60,110 nt of DNA from a virus (IMGVR_UViG_3300008110_000109:1-60110), one strand, 5' to 3'. Numbered from the stretch's first letter, positions 45,218-55,503 are shown. Numbers and translations are program-made. The notes: generated by a model from the sequence alone, not told the origin.

Positions 45218-46135
45218 TTAGCACTTGAGTTTTTCTTTCCAGATATCTATAGTGAGATCAAGTCCTTGATCTAGAGATACTTTAGGACTCCAACCTGTAA
45301 CTTCAGTTATTAAGTTATGATTACTATTTAACCAGTATATTTCTCCAGGCCTAAATAGTTTAGTGTGCCAATTAATTTTTCCATTCCAATTAAGTTTTTT
45401 TGCAATTAAATCGGCGTAGTCTTTGATCTTGATAGGATTATCAGGACCTAGCGTAAAAATTTTACCGTTAACTTTGTCTGGATTGTTGATCACTGTTACC
45501 CAAGCATCAAGTAAATCATCGATATAGATAAAATTCCTGTAAGGTTCAGCATAACCAAAACTAACTTCTTGTTGATTGGTTAGCATTTGACTGATGATCT
45601 GCTCCGTGACAAAAAACTCGTTGTCTTTGCGTCCGTAACTATTAGTCTGTCGAATAGCCGTAAATGGTAGTCCTAAACATCGATGTGCATATTCTAAATA
45701 CTTTTCAACACCGTACTTGGCCACGGCATAAGGAGCATTAGGATTAGGCGTAGTATTTTCATCAAATGCTACATGAGTAGAAGGTTTACCGTGCTTTTCT
45801 ATTTCGTCACTGATAGGTTGCCATCCATATACTTCCATGGTACTGGCAAATACAAAACTCTTAAGATTTCTTACTGCGCTGGCCGCCTCAATCAAGTTAA
45901 CGCTGCCTACATAATTGATCTCACTAAAAGTTATTTGCTCGTAGAAACTCTGTTCTACTTCGGTTCTAGCAGCCAAGTGTACAATTACATCGGGTTTAAA
46001 ACTTAAGACTTCTAACTTAACAGCTTCGTAGTCACGAAGATCACTTTGCAAATGATGTAGTTCGTGTTGATCTTTAAGACGTTGTGTAAGATGTGACCCA
46101 ATAAATCCAGATGATCCTGTCATTAAAATTTTCAT
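45218..46135 (-). CDS. NAD-dependent nucleotide-sugar dehydratase/epimerase
   Basis: GSSGFIG, HLAA, YAVAK. Confidence 0.9.
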   Translation of the reverse strand: MKILMTGSSGFIGSHLTQRLKDQHELHHLQSDLRDYEAVKLEVLSFKPDVIVHLAARTEVEQSFYEQITFSEINYVGSVNLIEAASAVRNLKSFVFASTMEVYGWQPISDEIEKHGKPSTHVAFDENTTPNPNAPYAVAKYGVEKYLEYAHRCLGLPFTAIRQTNSYGRKDNEFFVTEQIISQMLTNQQEVSFGYAEPYRNFIYIDDLLDAWVTVINNPDKVNGKIFTLGPDNPIKIKDYADLIAKKLNWNGKINWHTKLFRPGEIYWLNSNHNLITEVTGWSPKVSLDQGLDLTIDIWKEKLKC

Positions 46136-46731
46136 ATTTTATATCCTATCAGCATAAACCTTTTATAAAGAGGCAGTTCTAGTTCTTCTGCCCAGACAAC
46201 TTTTATTTTACATTGATCTTTAAATGCTTCTAGACTGTCTGATGTTCTTACGTGTTCAGGTATATTGTAATTATTGCTTTGTAAAACTAAAAGACTAGCT
46301 TTTGGTACTTGATCTATCCATGTAACGTATTGTTCTTGAGTTATATGTTCACAGCTGGTATTAACAACAATATCAGCTTCTGTTAAACAGCCGCACATAT
46401 CTGATGTGATAGCACTAAATCTTCCTTCAATCTCTTCTTTTCTATTCATTAGTTTGGCTATTGATTCGCATGACGAGTCTATGTCAATGCTACGAATATG
46501 TTTTATCATAGGACCTAGCTGAGACTGAAACATAAGACTAGCTAAAACACCTACCCACCCTCCGTGAATATCTATGCTCACAGGCCGATCTACGTGTCGA
46601 ATTAGATTATTGATTAACCACTCTTTGCTACGTAACTGTCCTTGCCAAAAGGCGTCCATTGTACGCATGGGATCTTGACTAGATCGTATAGCCTGCATCC
46701 AAAAATGCAAATGTTCTAGGTCTATATTCAT
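46132..46731 (-). CDS. Class I SAM-dependent methyltransferase-like
   Basis: IHGGWVG, SIDID, NTSCEH. Confidence 0.65.
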   Translation of the reverse strand: MNIDLEHLHFWMQAIRSSQDPMRTMDAFWQGQLRSKEWLINNLIRHVDRPVSIDIHGGWVGVLASLMFQSQLGPMIKHIRSIDIDSSCESIAKLMNRKEEIEGRFSAITSDMCGCLTEADIVVNTSCEHITQEQYVTWIDQVPKASLLVLQSNNYNIPEHVRTSDSLEAFKDQCKIKVVWAEELELPLYKRFMLIGYKI

Positions 46732-47480
46732 AAATTTATTTTGTTAGCAATTTTCTCTGCTATCATCTTATTACTGTTTATTCCGGGATGAACTAAATCT
46801 CTAGCAAAATCTGTTGGTATGTAGATATCGCAATTTAAAAGTCTACCAGTATCAGGAAACAAAGAAGCTTCGTAATGTTTAATTTTTTCCCAATAAATGT
46901 TGCTGGTTTTACTAGCGATCAATGCATATGATTCAGAGTGTGAATCATCATTAGACCATGCAGAGAAATAATGATGACTCTTGTTCCAATCTCCGCAATT
47001 TTCTAAATACCTTTTATTGTAGTAAACAGTTCTAGAATAATGAGTCCATAGATTAATAACTCCCAAAGGCATAGGATAAGAATGTCTTAAAATAGTTGCA
47101 TTGTGCAAAGAATAATTAATAGAACTCCCCTCAACACCTAAATTAACGACTGGCACCTTTAAAAGATTAGATAGATGAACAGCTATAGTATTTGTATTAT
47201 CTACTCCTATTCCAAACACATTACTACAACCAAACATTACTAATGAGTTAGCCCAATCTATTTCTTTAAAATTTTTAGTTCTATACCCCTGTTTATTTCT
47301 TGTATAGTTAACAATATTATTTCGATAGTACCAATCCTCAGGCATTATTTTTAAATTTTTTTCAAACAACTCCTTGCTATCGTAGCCTGCAAAATGTTTT
47401 TCTATTTTGGCATCTATAGGAAGAAATTGATTTGATTTTATTAGTTTAGGTACAGAACTGAATATTAATCTATTTTGCAT
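46728..47480 (-). CDS. SGNH-like protein
   Basis: FGCSNVFG, NLGVEG, ARDLVHPG. Confidence 0.6.
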   Translation of the reverse strand: MQNRLIFSSVPKLIKSNQFLPIDAKIEKHFAGYDSKELFEKNLKIMPEDWYYRNNIVNYTRNKQGYRTKNFKEIDWANSLVMFGCSNVFGIGVDNTNTIAVHLSNLLKVPVVNLGVEGSSINYSLHNATILRHSYPMPLGVINLWTHYSRTVYYNKRYLENCGDWNKSHHYFSAWSNDDSHSESYALIASKTSNIYWEKIKHYEASLFPDTGRLLNCDIYIPTDFARDLVHPGINSNKMIAEKIANKINL

Positions 47481-48442
47481 TTTGGTATTTTGCTGTCCGC
47501 TGAACTAACACACGTAGGAGTAATACAGCGTTGCGGCTTCTTAAATAATTCAAAACTATCTAATGTACCCAATGGCACATCGTGACAGCTATAACTTCTT
47601 TTAACGTCATTGCCTCTTATTATAACACTTTGATATCCAGCATTACAAGACCAGTTAGCAAATTTATTAAAATTAAACGCATTAAATCGTTCTGCTTGGT
47701 CGAACAAGTGTTCTGTATCATCTGCTTCGTATAGTGCTATTTGGTAAGCGTCTTCTCCATTAGCACGTTGAGGGAATCCCGTTTGCATCTTGTGTATCAT
47801 GTCTTCAGTATAACCATCTACAACCGCACTCGCTGTAGGATCACTTTGCGGCTTGAGTGTTACGTTGATTCCACGTTTGTGAAAGCGTTCCATACGTTCA
47901 TAGAGTTCGTAGAACTTTTCAGGCACCATAACTTGGTTAATTGTAACGTGTACCAGCTCGTATTGTAACTGTAAACACTTGTCGCCGAACTCTTGTTCGC
48001 GAGCAAACTCATCGTGAAAGCTGGCTGTAATACTTCTGCGCTGTAGCATTTCAGTATTTCGACACCAAGTGTTCCACCATTTGCTACCAGGCGACAAATT
48101 AGTGGTCATATGGATACTTTGGTATTTGGATTCTAGTTCGTCTAAATGTTTAACAAGATCATTCAACTGTTTATAAGCAGTAGGCTCACCACCGCTGAAC
48201 GACCAATGGAACTGGTTAAACCCATTGGCTCGTGCTTGACGCTTAATCTCGTCTACAGTAGATTTATATACTTCAAGCGGTTGGTGATCGACTCGGTCAC
48301 TGCGGGCATAGGGCCAACAGTAACTACAATTATAATTACAAAATCTTCCCAAAATCCAACTAGTGGAAAACAATGGCCGGTCTAACATAGTGCGTTGTCC
48401 GAAACGCACAATTTTCTTAAAGGGTATTTCCGTAAAGTTCAT
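47465..48442 (-). CDS. Radical SAM protein
   Basis: CNYNCSYC, SGGEPT. Confidence 0.9.
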   Translation of the reverse strand: MNFTEIPFKKIVRFGQRTMLDRPLFSTSWILGRFCNYNCSYCWPYARSDRVDHQPLEVYKSTVDEIKRQARANGFNQFHWSFSGGEPTAYKQLNDLVKHLDELESKYQSIHMTTNLSPGSKWWNTWCRNTEMLQRRSITASFHDEFAREQEFGDKCLQLQYELVHVTINQVMVPEKFYELYERMERFHKRGINVTLKPQSDPTASAVVDGYTEDMIHKMQTGFPQRANGEDAYQIALYEADDTEHLFDQAERFNAFNFNKFANWSCNAGYQSVIIRGNDVKRSYSCHDVPLGTLDSFELFKKPQRCITPTCVSSADSKIPKCKID

Positions 48443-48465
48443 TGAATATATTTAATCATTAGTCA

Positions 48466-48494
48466 TTGACACAGTTAAAAAAGTTCAGTATAAT
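48466..48494 (+). promoter_or_regulatory. sigma70-type promoter; ATG 6 nt after the -10 box (leaderless)
   Basis: TTGACA-17 nt-TATAAT-TACGCT-ATG. Confidence 0.85.
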
Positions 48495-48500
48495 TACGCT

Positions 48501-49049
48501 ATGACTAAAATATCAAAAAGCCCCGAACGACATACTTTTCAAAGGGAAGGTTATGTCAAACGCTGCGAGGAAGAAGGCAAAGAGCCTAATGCTGATTATC
48601 TGGATTTGTTTCAAAAGATTCTAGAGGATGCAGATAAGAAATGGATTGATCCAAAAAGTAAAATAAACAATATGGAATACGATCTCTTAACCACTGATTG
48701 GATTTTAGAAAAGGTTAGATCCAGTGACAGTTATGCTCAAAATCTCTATGCCGCAATGTGTAACAATGATTTTGTTAAAAGAGAATTGTGGCCTATTTTA
48801 AAAGACGAAAGATGGAGTGCTAGCTGGAGATCAGCAGGAGGCATAATCGCAGATATGCAACAAAAGGGTGACTACATTGATTGGTACTGTAGTGGTATGG
48901 GCGGTGTTGCTACCTACGATTTAGAAGAAGGTGAAGCGTATATGTCTAAAATGAAGTACGTTCCAGAGAGTGTAGTAACTGATGAAATAGAAGAAGATTT
49001 AAATCGGTTAGGTTGGTTAGTTGTTAAATACAATGGAGAGGAAACTTGA
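48501..49049 (+). CDS. Hypothetical protein
   Basis: 182-aa ORF after promoter. Confidence 0.8.
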   Translation: MTKISKSPERHTFQREGYVKRCEEEGKEPNADYLDLFQKILEDADKKWIDPKSKINNMEYDLLTTDWILEKVRSSDSYAQNLYAAMCNNDFVKRELWPILKDERWSASWRSAGGIIADMQQKGDYIDWYCSGMGGVATYDLEEGEAYMSKMKYVPESVVTDEIEEDLNRLGWLVVKYNGEET

Positions 49050-49223
49050 ATGGAAACACTTACTTTTAAAGCAGAAGAAATATTCGAAGACATTCCCGGA
49101 GATCCGGACAATGTCATGATGAAGATTCCTCCTGAAATTTGCGAAGCACAGGGTTGGAAAGAAGGCGACACTCTTAATGTTAAGCTAGAAAACGGGGCAC
49201 TTATTATTACCAAACATGGCTAA
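49050..49223 (+). CDS. AbrB/MazE/SpoVT-like small protein (57 aa); not in ORF track
   Basis: GAGG RBS; MKIPPEICEAQGWKEGDTLNVKLENGALII. Confidence 0.7.
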   Translation: METLTFKAEEIFEDIPGDPDNVMMKIPPEICEAQGWKEGDTLNVKLENGALIITKHG

Positions 49224-49434
49224 AGACGAACTATTAGAACTCACAGGCACAGTAGCAGAAGTTTTACCCAATTCTACATTTCGAGTACAGGTTGATGGAC
49301 AGACACACATTGTACTTTGTTATATGGGCGGTAGGCTCAAACAAAACAAGATTAAGGTTATCCTAGGGGATAGAGTTAAGATTGAAATGAGCCCATACGA
49401 TCTTACCAAAGGTAGGATTGTTTATAGGATGTAA
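49216..49434 (+). CDS. infA: Translation initiation factor IF-1
   Basis: MAKDELLELTGTVAEVLPN...GDRVKIEMSPYDLTKGRIVYR. Confidence 0.95.
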   Translation: MAKDELLELTGTVAEVLPNSTFRVQVDGQTHIVLCYMGGRLKQNKIKVILGDRVKIEMSPYDLTKGRIVYRM

Positions 49435-49436
49435 CG

Positions 49437-50099
49437 ATGAACTCAATTCTAGAACGTGTGAATTTGGTATGTCAAAACGTTCGAAGAATGAATGACGGGC
49501 CCGTAAGCTTCAAAAAACTAGTAGCAATTACTAGAAAAGAGTTCCGTAACAAAGAAATAGACCTAGCTCTCAAAACTAAAAAAGACAGTTTTTTAGAACA
49601 TAGTCATTTTTACGTTGAAGCATTTTACGATCACGAACACGACTTTAACAACGAAACACCAATTGAAGTTTATGTCTATCATAATTTTATTCCTACTGAT
49701 TTATTTTTACATACGCAAATCACAGAATTCCTTATTCAAATATATGATGCAGTAGTACACGAATTACGACATCAACAGCAGAGCAGAACACGATTTTACG
49801 AAATCTTTAACAGCGGTATTGCCAGTCCATATGCCAAATATTTGGCAGATCCAGATGAACTAGATGCGTATGCAGTAAGTATAGCCATTGAATTATTACG
49901 ATCAATGCCCCGAGAACGGGCTGTAAAATACATGACTAGGATGAGAGTTTTGAGTAAAATTAAAACTCAATATGGTTATATAAGTCCAAATTTAAAGTGT
50001 TATGTAGACTATTACGGTAGTAACCCGTTGATTAAAAAGGTAGCCAAAAAGGTCTATAAGCATCTAAATTCTCTTGACAGCAACCAAATTTTCCGTTAA
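49437..50099 (+). CDS. HExxH-motif protein (paralog of 54728-55456)
   Basis: VHELRH...ELDAYA. Confidence 0.65.
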   Translation: MNSILERVNLVCQNVRRMNDGPVSFKKLVAITRKEFRNKEIDLALKTKKDSFLEHSHFYVEAFYDHEHDFNNETPIEVYVYHNFIPTDLFLHTQITEFLIQIYDAVVHELRHQQQSRTRFYEIFNSGIASPYAKYLADPDELDAYAVSIAIELLRSMPRERAVKYMTRMRVLSKIKTQYGYISPNLKCYVDYYGSNPLIKKVAKKVYKHLNSLDSNQIFR

Positions 50100-50102
50100 A
50101 AT
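50074..50102 (+). promoter_or_regulatory. sigma70-type promoter
   Basis: TTGACA-17 nt-TAAAAT. Confidence 0.8.
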
Positions 50103-50134
50103 ATGCTTATCGTAACTAACACGGAGCGGCAGTC

Positions 50135-50833
50135 GTGAGTAAAGAATACAGTACCCTGGAAGTTTTGGAACTGGCTTGTGCAGCTCAACGATGGAATAAA
50201 GAATACCTTAAAGAAATGACCGCGGTCTATGAAGATAATGGTCAACTTCGTTATTACAAACAACCAAACAAGCTTCATATCCTCTACACTCTTGGTGCTG
50301 TTAATTGGGGCTCTGAATCAGATCCTCGAATGATGCCAGTCAAACTTCAAATTGAAGACATTGATCGGGAAGAAGCAGAAGAGATTCGCAAGTATTATCG
50401 GCGTCTTATGTTTGCCGCTGTTAAAGGGGACAACGAATTTCAAACCGAAGTCAATGCTATTTTGTCTGCTGAAGTAGTAGCAGCCAATAAAGTTGGCTAT
50501 GTAGCCTGTCTTCCACATGTCTACGCCAAAGATCATGTGCGTAATCAAATTGAAAAACGTATTCGACATTTGGAAAAAGGCTATTTGGCCGACGTAGGTA
50601 AAACAGTATTTGACAAAGACTGCGAAGTACTTGAGTCAAAACACTCAAATAACTTTGACGCTTTTAATATTACTGCTATAATTGATAATAAGATGGTGTC
50701 TTGGTTCAGCAAAGTGGATCTTAAACTTGGTGCTTGCGTGATAGTCAAGGCCAAAGTTAAAGATCATTCCAATCATTGGAAGCATAAAGACACTGCTGTG
50801 ACCAGACTTAACTATGTAAAGGCAGCACAATAA
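50135..50833 (+). CDS. Hypothetical protein, possible C-terminal OB-fold
   Basis: GGAG RBS, GTG start; KAKVKDH...TRLNYVK. Confidence 0.7.
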   Translation: MSKEYSTLEVLELACAAQRWNKEYLKEMTAVYEDNGQLRYYKQPNKLHILYTLGAVNWGSESDPRMMPVKLQIEDIDREEAEEIRKYYRRLMFAAVKGDNEFQTEVNAILSAEVVAANKVGYVACLPHVYAKDHVRNQIEKRIRHLEKGYLADVGKTVFDKDCEVLESKHSNNFDAFNITAIIDNKMVSWFSKVDLKLGACVIVKAKVKDHSNHWKHKDTAVTRLNYVKAAQ

Positions 50834-51303
50834 TGTACAAAGAAGAAGAATACGAAATGTTTGCAAAGAAAATGGAAACTAAATTTCCAGAAATGTTTGC
50901 AGGTAAGTACGGTGGCTTTGCTGTAGGCACTGGATGGTGGCCGATTCTTGAAGCACTTTGCAGTCAGATAGATGGTCATAGCAAATGGCGTAATAATACT
51001 AGAGAAGCATTGCTTAAAAATAATCCTCACAATCACAAAATTCCCGATGCTGTTCCGCAGGTAACAGTTGAACAGATTAAAGAAAAGTTTGGCGGACTGC
51101 GTTTCTACTATCAAGGCGGTGATGACACAGTGGACGGAATGGTACGTATGGCAGAAATGTGGGCAGGCCAAGTCTGTGAAGAATGTGGTAAGCCTGGAAC
51201 TAGACGTAGTGGAGGATGGATCAAAACTCTATGCGACGAGCACGAAGCAGAGAGACAGAAGAGATACGAAACCTACGCTAAAAACAACGGACTTGAACTA
51301 TGA
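50833..51303 (+). CDS. Phage hypothetical protein with zinc finger
   Basis: QIKEKFGGLRFY...CEECGKPG...CDEH. Confidence 0.8.
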   Translation: MYKEEEYEMFAKKMETKFPEMFAGKYGGFAVGTGWWPILEALCSQIDGHSKWRNNTREALLKNNPHNHKIPDAVPQVTVEQIKEKFGGLRFYYQGGDDTVDGMVRMAEMWAGQVCEECGKPGTRRSGGWIKTLCDEHEAERQKRYETYAKNNGLEL

Positions 51304-51458
51304 ACAACAATTTTTTATGTAATAGCTGTGGAAAACAATATAGCGTGACCTGTGATTGGAATCAAGGTCGGTGTCCACATCATCCTCCTTATATTAATCC
51401 GCACAGTTTTAGATTTTTAAATCTTTACAATTCAATCAAAAATTTATTTAAAAAATGA
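51300..51458 (+). CDS. Small Cys-rich protein (52 aa); not in ORF track
   Basis: ATGA overlap; CNSC...C...CPHH. Confidence 0.55.
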   Translation: MNNNFLCNSCGKQYSVTCDWNQGRCPHHPPYINPHSFRFLNLYNSIKNLFKK

Positions 51459-51464
51459 GCATAA

Positions 51465-52316
51465 ATGAAAATCAAACTAGTCAGTGATCTGCATTTAGAA
51501 TTTGCAGACATATTCGTCAAGAACGACAAAGATTATGATGTCTTAATTCTCTCTGGTGACATTATGGTCGCACAGGATCTCTACGATCATCCCGAGCCTG
51601 CTAATGGCACTGACCAACTTGCTATTGCCAATAGTCAGGGCATGGGTCGTAGACAAGAAGCCGCTCAACGATTCCGTGACTTCTTGAAACGTTGCAGTTT
51701 TCAGTTCCCACATGTGATTTATGTTGCTGGTAACCACGAGTTTTACCACGGTAAATGGAACAAGACATTGACTATTCTTTCAGAAGAATGCCAAAAGTTT
51801 CCTAATGTTTATTTCCTTGAACAAGGTTATAAAAAGATTGACGATGTAATTTTTGTGGGTGGAACGCTGTGGACTAATATGAACCAAGCTGACCCGTTAA
51901 CCCTTCACGGTGTAAGGGATATGATGAACGACTTTCGTATCATCCGTAAGGAACTAGAAGGCTACACCAGCCTTAAGCCTCACGACACAGTATATCGACA
52001 TCGAGATACTCTACGTTATATTGAGAGTATTGTTGATCGTAAAGAGGTCGACAAGTATGTAGTTGTAGGACACCACAGTCCTAGTTTCCAAAGTGTTCAT
52101 GAAAGCTACAGAGATGATCGTTTAATGAACGGTGCGTATCACAGCGATTTAAGTAACTTTATCCTTGATAGGCCACAGATTAAACTTTGGACACATGGTC
52201 ACACGCATTACCCGTTTGACTATGTAATTGGAGAAACCCGTGTTGTGTGTAACCCTAGAGGTTACGAAGGATACGAAGATACCGGGTGGAATCCCGACAT
52301 ACTATTGGAGATATAA
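51465..52316 (+). CDS. Metallophosphoesterase
   Basis: SDLH, GD, GNHE, GHTH. Confidence 0.9.
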   Translation: MKIKLVSDLHLEFADIFVKNDKDYDVLILSGDIMVAQDLYDHPEPANGTDQLAIANSQGMGRRQEAAQRFRDFLKRCSFQFPHVIYVAGNHEFYHGKWNKTLTILSEECQKFPNVYFLEQGYKKIDDVIFVGGTLWTNMNQADPLTLHGVRDMMNDFRIIRKELEGYTSLKPHDTVYRHRDTLRYIESIVDRKEVDKYVVVGHHSPSFQSVHESYRDDRLMNGAYHSDLSNFILDRPQIKLWTHGHTHYPFDYVIGETRVVCNPRGYEGYEDTGWNPDILLEI

Positions 52317-52465
52317 TGGAACCTAACATCGCTGAACTTTTAAGAAATACTGCTATCAATATTGGAGAATTATTCCGTATGCTAGCAGATAGAGTAGACC
52401 AACTGGAGAAAGAAAATGAGCAACTTAAACTTAAACTTGATTCCAAAGGAACAAAAGTTGAGTGA
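52316..52465 (+). CDS. Small coiled-coil protein (49 aa); not in ORF track
   Basis: GGAG RBS, TAATG coupling. Confidence 0.6.
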   Translation: MEPNIAELLRNTAINIGELFRMLADRVDQLEKENEQLKLKLDSKGTKVE

Positions 52466-52769
52466 GAAAGAATTTAAGCTATTTAAAAAGTGGCTCAAAT
52501 CTCATTTAGCTTTTGGTCCTGTAACTGTTACCTTTACCAAGAAGGACGGCTCAGAACGAGTAATGGAATGTACAACCAGTCCATCGCTCGTTCCGGTTGA
52601 TCTTACTGAAGAAAAACACTATACTAATACCAGTGATCCAGTGGACTTTCCTAAACCTAAAAAAGAAAAGAAAGTCAGTGAAGACGCAATGTCTGTCTAT
52701 GACTTGGAAGCCAAAGGTTGGAGAAGCTTTCGGTGGGATTCAATTAAACAAGTGAGATTTGTATTATGA
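52416..52769 (+). CDS. WYL/SH3-like beta-barrel phage protein (start uncertain)
   Basis: FTKKDGSERVM.CT...YDLEAKGWRSFRWD. Confidence 0.7.
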   Translation: MSNLNLNLIPKEQKLSEKEFKLFKKWLKSHLAFGPVTVTFTKKDGSERVMECTTSPSLVPVDLTEEKHYTNTSDPVDFPKPKKEKKVSEDAMSVYDLEAKGWRSFRWDSIKQVRFVL

Positions 52770-52996
52770 GACAAGTAGTCGGTGATGACTGCGAAATCCT
52801 TTGTGAAGACAATGGACGCAAAATGGTTGCAGATATTTTATATTTTAAAGAATATCAAAATCTCACAGTTAGTATTGAAAAACAATTAAAATTAGAAATG
52901 AAATGGAATGGTAACATCTACGAAGGCCGACTTGGTAGAATGAGTTTTACCAGCGAAGGGCCTGTAATTCGAAACTTCAAACAAGGAAGAAGATAA
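52766..52996 (+). CDS. Hypothetical protein
   Basis: Coupled ORF. Confidence 0.7.
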   Translation: MRQVVGDDCEILCEDNGRKMVADILYFKEYQNLTVSIEKQLKLEMKWNGNIYEGRLGRMSFTSEGPVIRNFKQGRR

Positions 52997-52998
52997 TT

Positions 52999-53412
52999 AT
53001 GAAGATCGGTTTAAGTTATAGCCGTTGTGTTAGAGACATAGTTGACGGTAAGGTAGACATTGACGATGTCCTGGTCATTGTTGCTCGCACAGACTTTGAT
53101 CCTAGAGACGCAGATCAATGGGCAGGTATATGGCACGGCTACCACGGAGCAAGTTTTATGACTAACCCCGAATGGGCTGGATATCCTGACGAAGACGAAG
53201 ACCGCTTTCGTAGTGTAACCATTGAATTGTGGGAGTCAGGTAAACTACACCAGCCACGTAAGTTCGGAGCACACCCTCGACGTTTGCCCTACTACTGGGT
53301 AGAAACTTTCTTGCCTGACGACGAACTTGAGAATCATCCTGCGGCTAAAAAAGCATTTGAAAAATTTCAACTGGTTGCTGGACTAATATTCAACAACGAT
53401 CTAATCTTATGA
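52999..53412 (+). CDS. Hypothetical protein
   Basis: Coupled ORF. Confidence 0.75.
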   Translation: MKIGLSYSRCVRDIVDGKVDIDDVLVIVARTDFDPRDADQWAGIWHGYHGASFMTNPEWAGYPDEDEDRFRSVTIELWESGKLHQPRKFGAHPRRLPYYWVETFLPDDELENHPAAKKAFEKFQLVAGLIFNNDLIL

Positions 53413-54086
53413 GTTTTTCAGATATATTTGATGTCAAGGAAAAAATCACAGAGTTTAAAGATGATCCGTTGGTACTATCCTGTGCAAGAAAAGAATATGA
53501 AGATAATGGTCACGGTTATCTGAGTATTGATAGTGAAAATATTACTGTCACAGATGAGCACAGAGTGTTAGCTGAAAAAATTAGAGACTACTACACTAAA
53601 AAATTCTTTTGGAGAGTGTTAAGTGAAGTACGACCTTTGAGTGACTATCGTCGTAGACTGATTAATCTGTTAGAAAATCGTATCCAGAGTTGTAAAGATC
53701 AAGACTGTGGTATATACTACAAACTGCCGTATTTTTACGAGGAAGATGTAGTGTACGAAGAATTTAAAAAAACTCTTAAAACTGATAAGATTGCCTCATT
53801 GGGAAGTTCTAGACAGAACATAATGATGAAAAGTTTAGAATTTATTAAAACTACATCGTCTCGACAAAGAAAACGTAATCAAATTCGTTATTGGTTTAAA
53901 GACGATAACGAGTTTCTATACGGCATTGAACTAACCAGCGACAATCCGCTGTTGCCGATCTTTAACGATTATCTAGCCGGGCGGACATCGATATTGTTCG
54001 AAACTAGGATAGCCGAAGATCGTATTGATAATATGTATTTTTATAAAATGTTTTCATATAAATTCGTAAAGGAACAAAATGCCTAA
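53409..54086 (+). CDS. Hypothetical protein
   Basis: Coupled ORF. Confidence 0.75.
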   Translation: MSFSDIFDVKEKITEFKDDPLVLSCARKEYEDNGHGYLSIDSENITVTDEHRVLAEKIRDYYTKKFFWRVLSEVRPLSDYRRRLINLLENRIQSCKDQDCGIYYKLPYFYEEDVVYEEFKKTLKTDKIASLGSSRQNIMMKSLEFIKTTSSRQRKRNQIRYWFKDDNEFLYGIELTSDNPLLPIFNDYLAGRTSILFETRIAEDRIDNMYFYKMFSYKFVKEQNA

Positions 54087-54669
54087 CTTGGTACCAATGG
54101 TTATTGAGCAAGAAGCTCGAGGTGAACGTAGTTACGACATTTACAGTCGTCTATTAAAGGACCGTATTGTAATGCTAGATACGGATGTCAATGAGCATAG
54201 TGCTAGCCTTATTGTGGCACAACTGCTGTTTTTAGAAAGTCAAGGTAATGAAGATATCAACTTTTTTATTAATAGCCCTGGGGGTGTTGTTACTGCTGGT
54301 CTCGCTATTTACGACACAATGCAATTTATCAAGCCCGATGTGTCTACCTTTGTAATGGGTCAGGCCTGCTCAATGGGCAGTCTATTAGCCACTGCTGGAG
54401 CACCTGGCAAGCGCAAAATGCTGCCGTATGCTCGTCATATGATACATCAGCCCAGTGGCGGTGCTCGTGGGCAGGCTACAGACATGCAAATCCAGGTAGA
54501 AGAGATTCTCAAAATGAAAAAAGAGCTCACTGGAATCTATGTTAAGCATAATTCAAAGGGTAAAACTTTTGAACAATTAACGCTCGATATGGAACGAGAC
54601 AAGTTTATGAGTGCTCAAGAAGCCCTGGATTATGGGTTGATTGATGAAATTGTAACAAAACGCCCATAA
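54079..54669 (+). CDS. clpP: Clp protease proteolytic subunit
   Basis: [31 protein letters not shown]. Confidence 0.96.
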   Translation: MPNLVPMVIEQEARGERSYDIYSRLLKDRIVMLDTDVNEHSASLIVAQLLFLESQGNEDINFFINSPGGVVTAGLAIYDTMQFIKPDVSTFVMGQACSMGSLLATAGAPGKRKMLPYARHMIHQPSGGARGQATDMQIQVEEILKMKKELTGIYVKHNSKGKTFEQLTLDMERDKFMSAQEALDYGLIDEIVTKRP

Positions 54670-54700
54670 AGTACGCATATAATTAAAAATCATAGTACAC

Positions 54701-54708
54701 TATAAATA
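54701..54708 (+). promoter_or_regulatory. T4-type late promoter
   Basis: TATAAATA upstream of AGGAG RBS. Confidence 0.6.
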
Positions 54709-54727
54709 CTAATGTTAGGAGTGTGCT

Positions 54728-55456
54728 ATGGCCCGTTCAGCTTTCAACTGGTCGCTGTTAGACCGGGAAACCTTGTACTCGATGCTTTATCAGCTAAAAT
54801 TTGAGCTAGTTGATAAGCGATTGCCTATTGATGAAATTACTAGTATATTAAGTAAACACATTAAAGCGCATCTTCCTATTAAAGTAAAAAGCAGTAGATT
54901 CAATCCTGTTAAAAAGGGCGAAATTTGGGTCGGTGGGGCTTACTATTCTGATCTTGATAAAAAGAAAAGAAAACGTTTTATCGAAGTTGAACTAGCATTT
55001 CCCCCGAATACTGCTACTATGAGAATGAGTAACTATCGTTGGGAACGGGTTTGTCAACTGTTTGCTGACACAGTTCTACACGAAGTTATACACACCCGCC
55101 AATTCCGTGCTAGAAATTTCAAAGCGATTCCCGGATATCAAAGCACAGCCTACTATGCTCGTACCCGTAAGGAACAAGAATATTACGGTGACAGAGACGA
55201 AATGGGCGCCCATGCCTTTAACCTAGCGCAGGATATGATTGATAAGTTTGGCTGGGATACCCGAGCAATTAAAACTTATTTAGATTCAAAAGTTCCGAAA
55301 CGTGTTCGTCCAAATGGTTGGGGACGCTTTATGAAAGCGTTTGAGTACAATCACGATCACCCAAAAGTTTGCCAAATGAAGCGTAAAATAATGAGCCAAT
55401 TGGAATACGCCTACTCCGGTAAGCCATTTAAGACTACAAATCACTTGACCTATTAA
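54728..55456 (+). CDS. HExxH-motif protein
   Basis: LHEVIH...EMGAHA. Confidence 0.65.
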   Translation: MARSAFNWSLLDRETLYSMLYQLKFELVDKRLPIDEITSILSKHIKAHLPIKVKSSRFNPVKKGEIWVGGAYYSDLDKKKRKRFIEVELAFPPNTATMRMSNYRWERVCQLFADTVLHEVIHTRQFRARNFKAIPGYQSTAYYARTRKEQEYYGDRDEMGAHAFNLAQDMIDKFGWDTRAIKTYLDSKVPKRVRPNGWGRFMKAFEYNHDHPKVCQMKRKIMSQLEYAYSGKPFKTTNHLTY

Positions 55457-55474
55457 CAGTTTTTGTGCTATACT
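55445..55474 (+). promoter_or_regulatory. sigma70-type promoter with extended -10
   Basis: TTGACC-18 nt-TATACT with TGn. Confidence 0.65.
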
Positions 55475-55503
55475 ATAGCATAAATCAACAGATAGGAGCC
55501 AAG

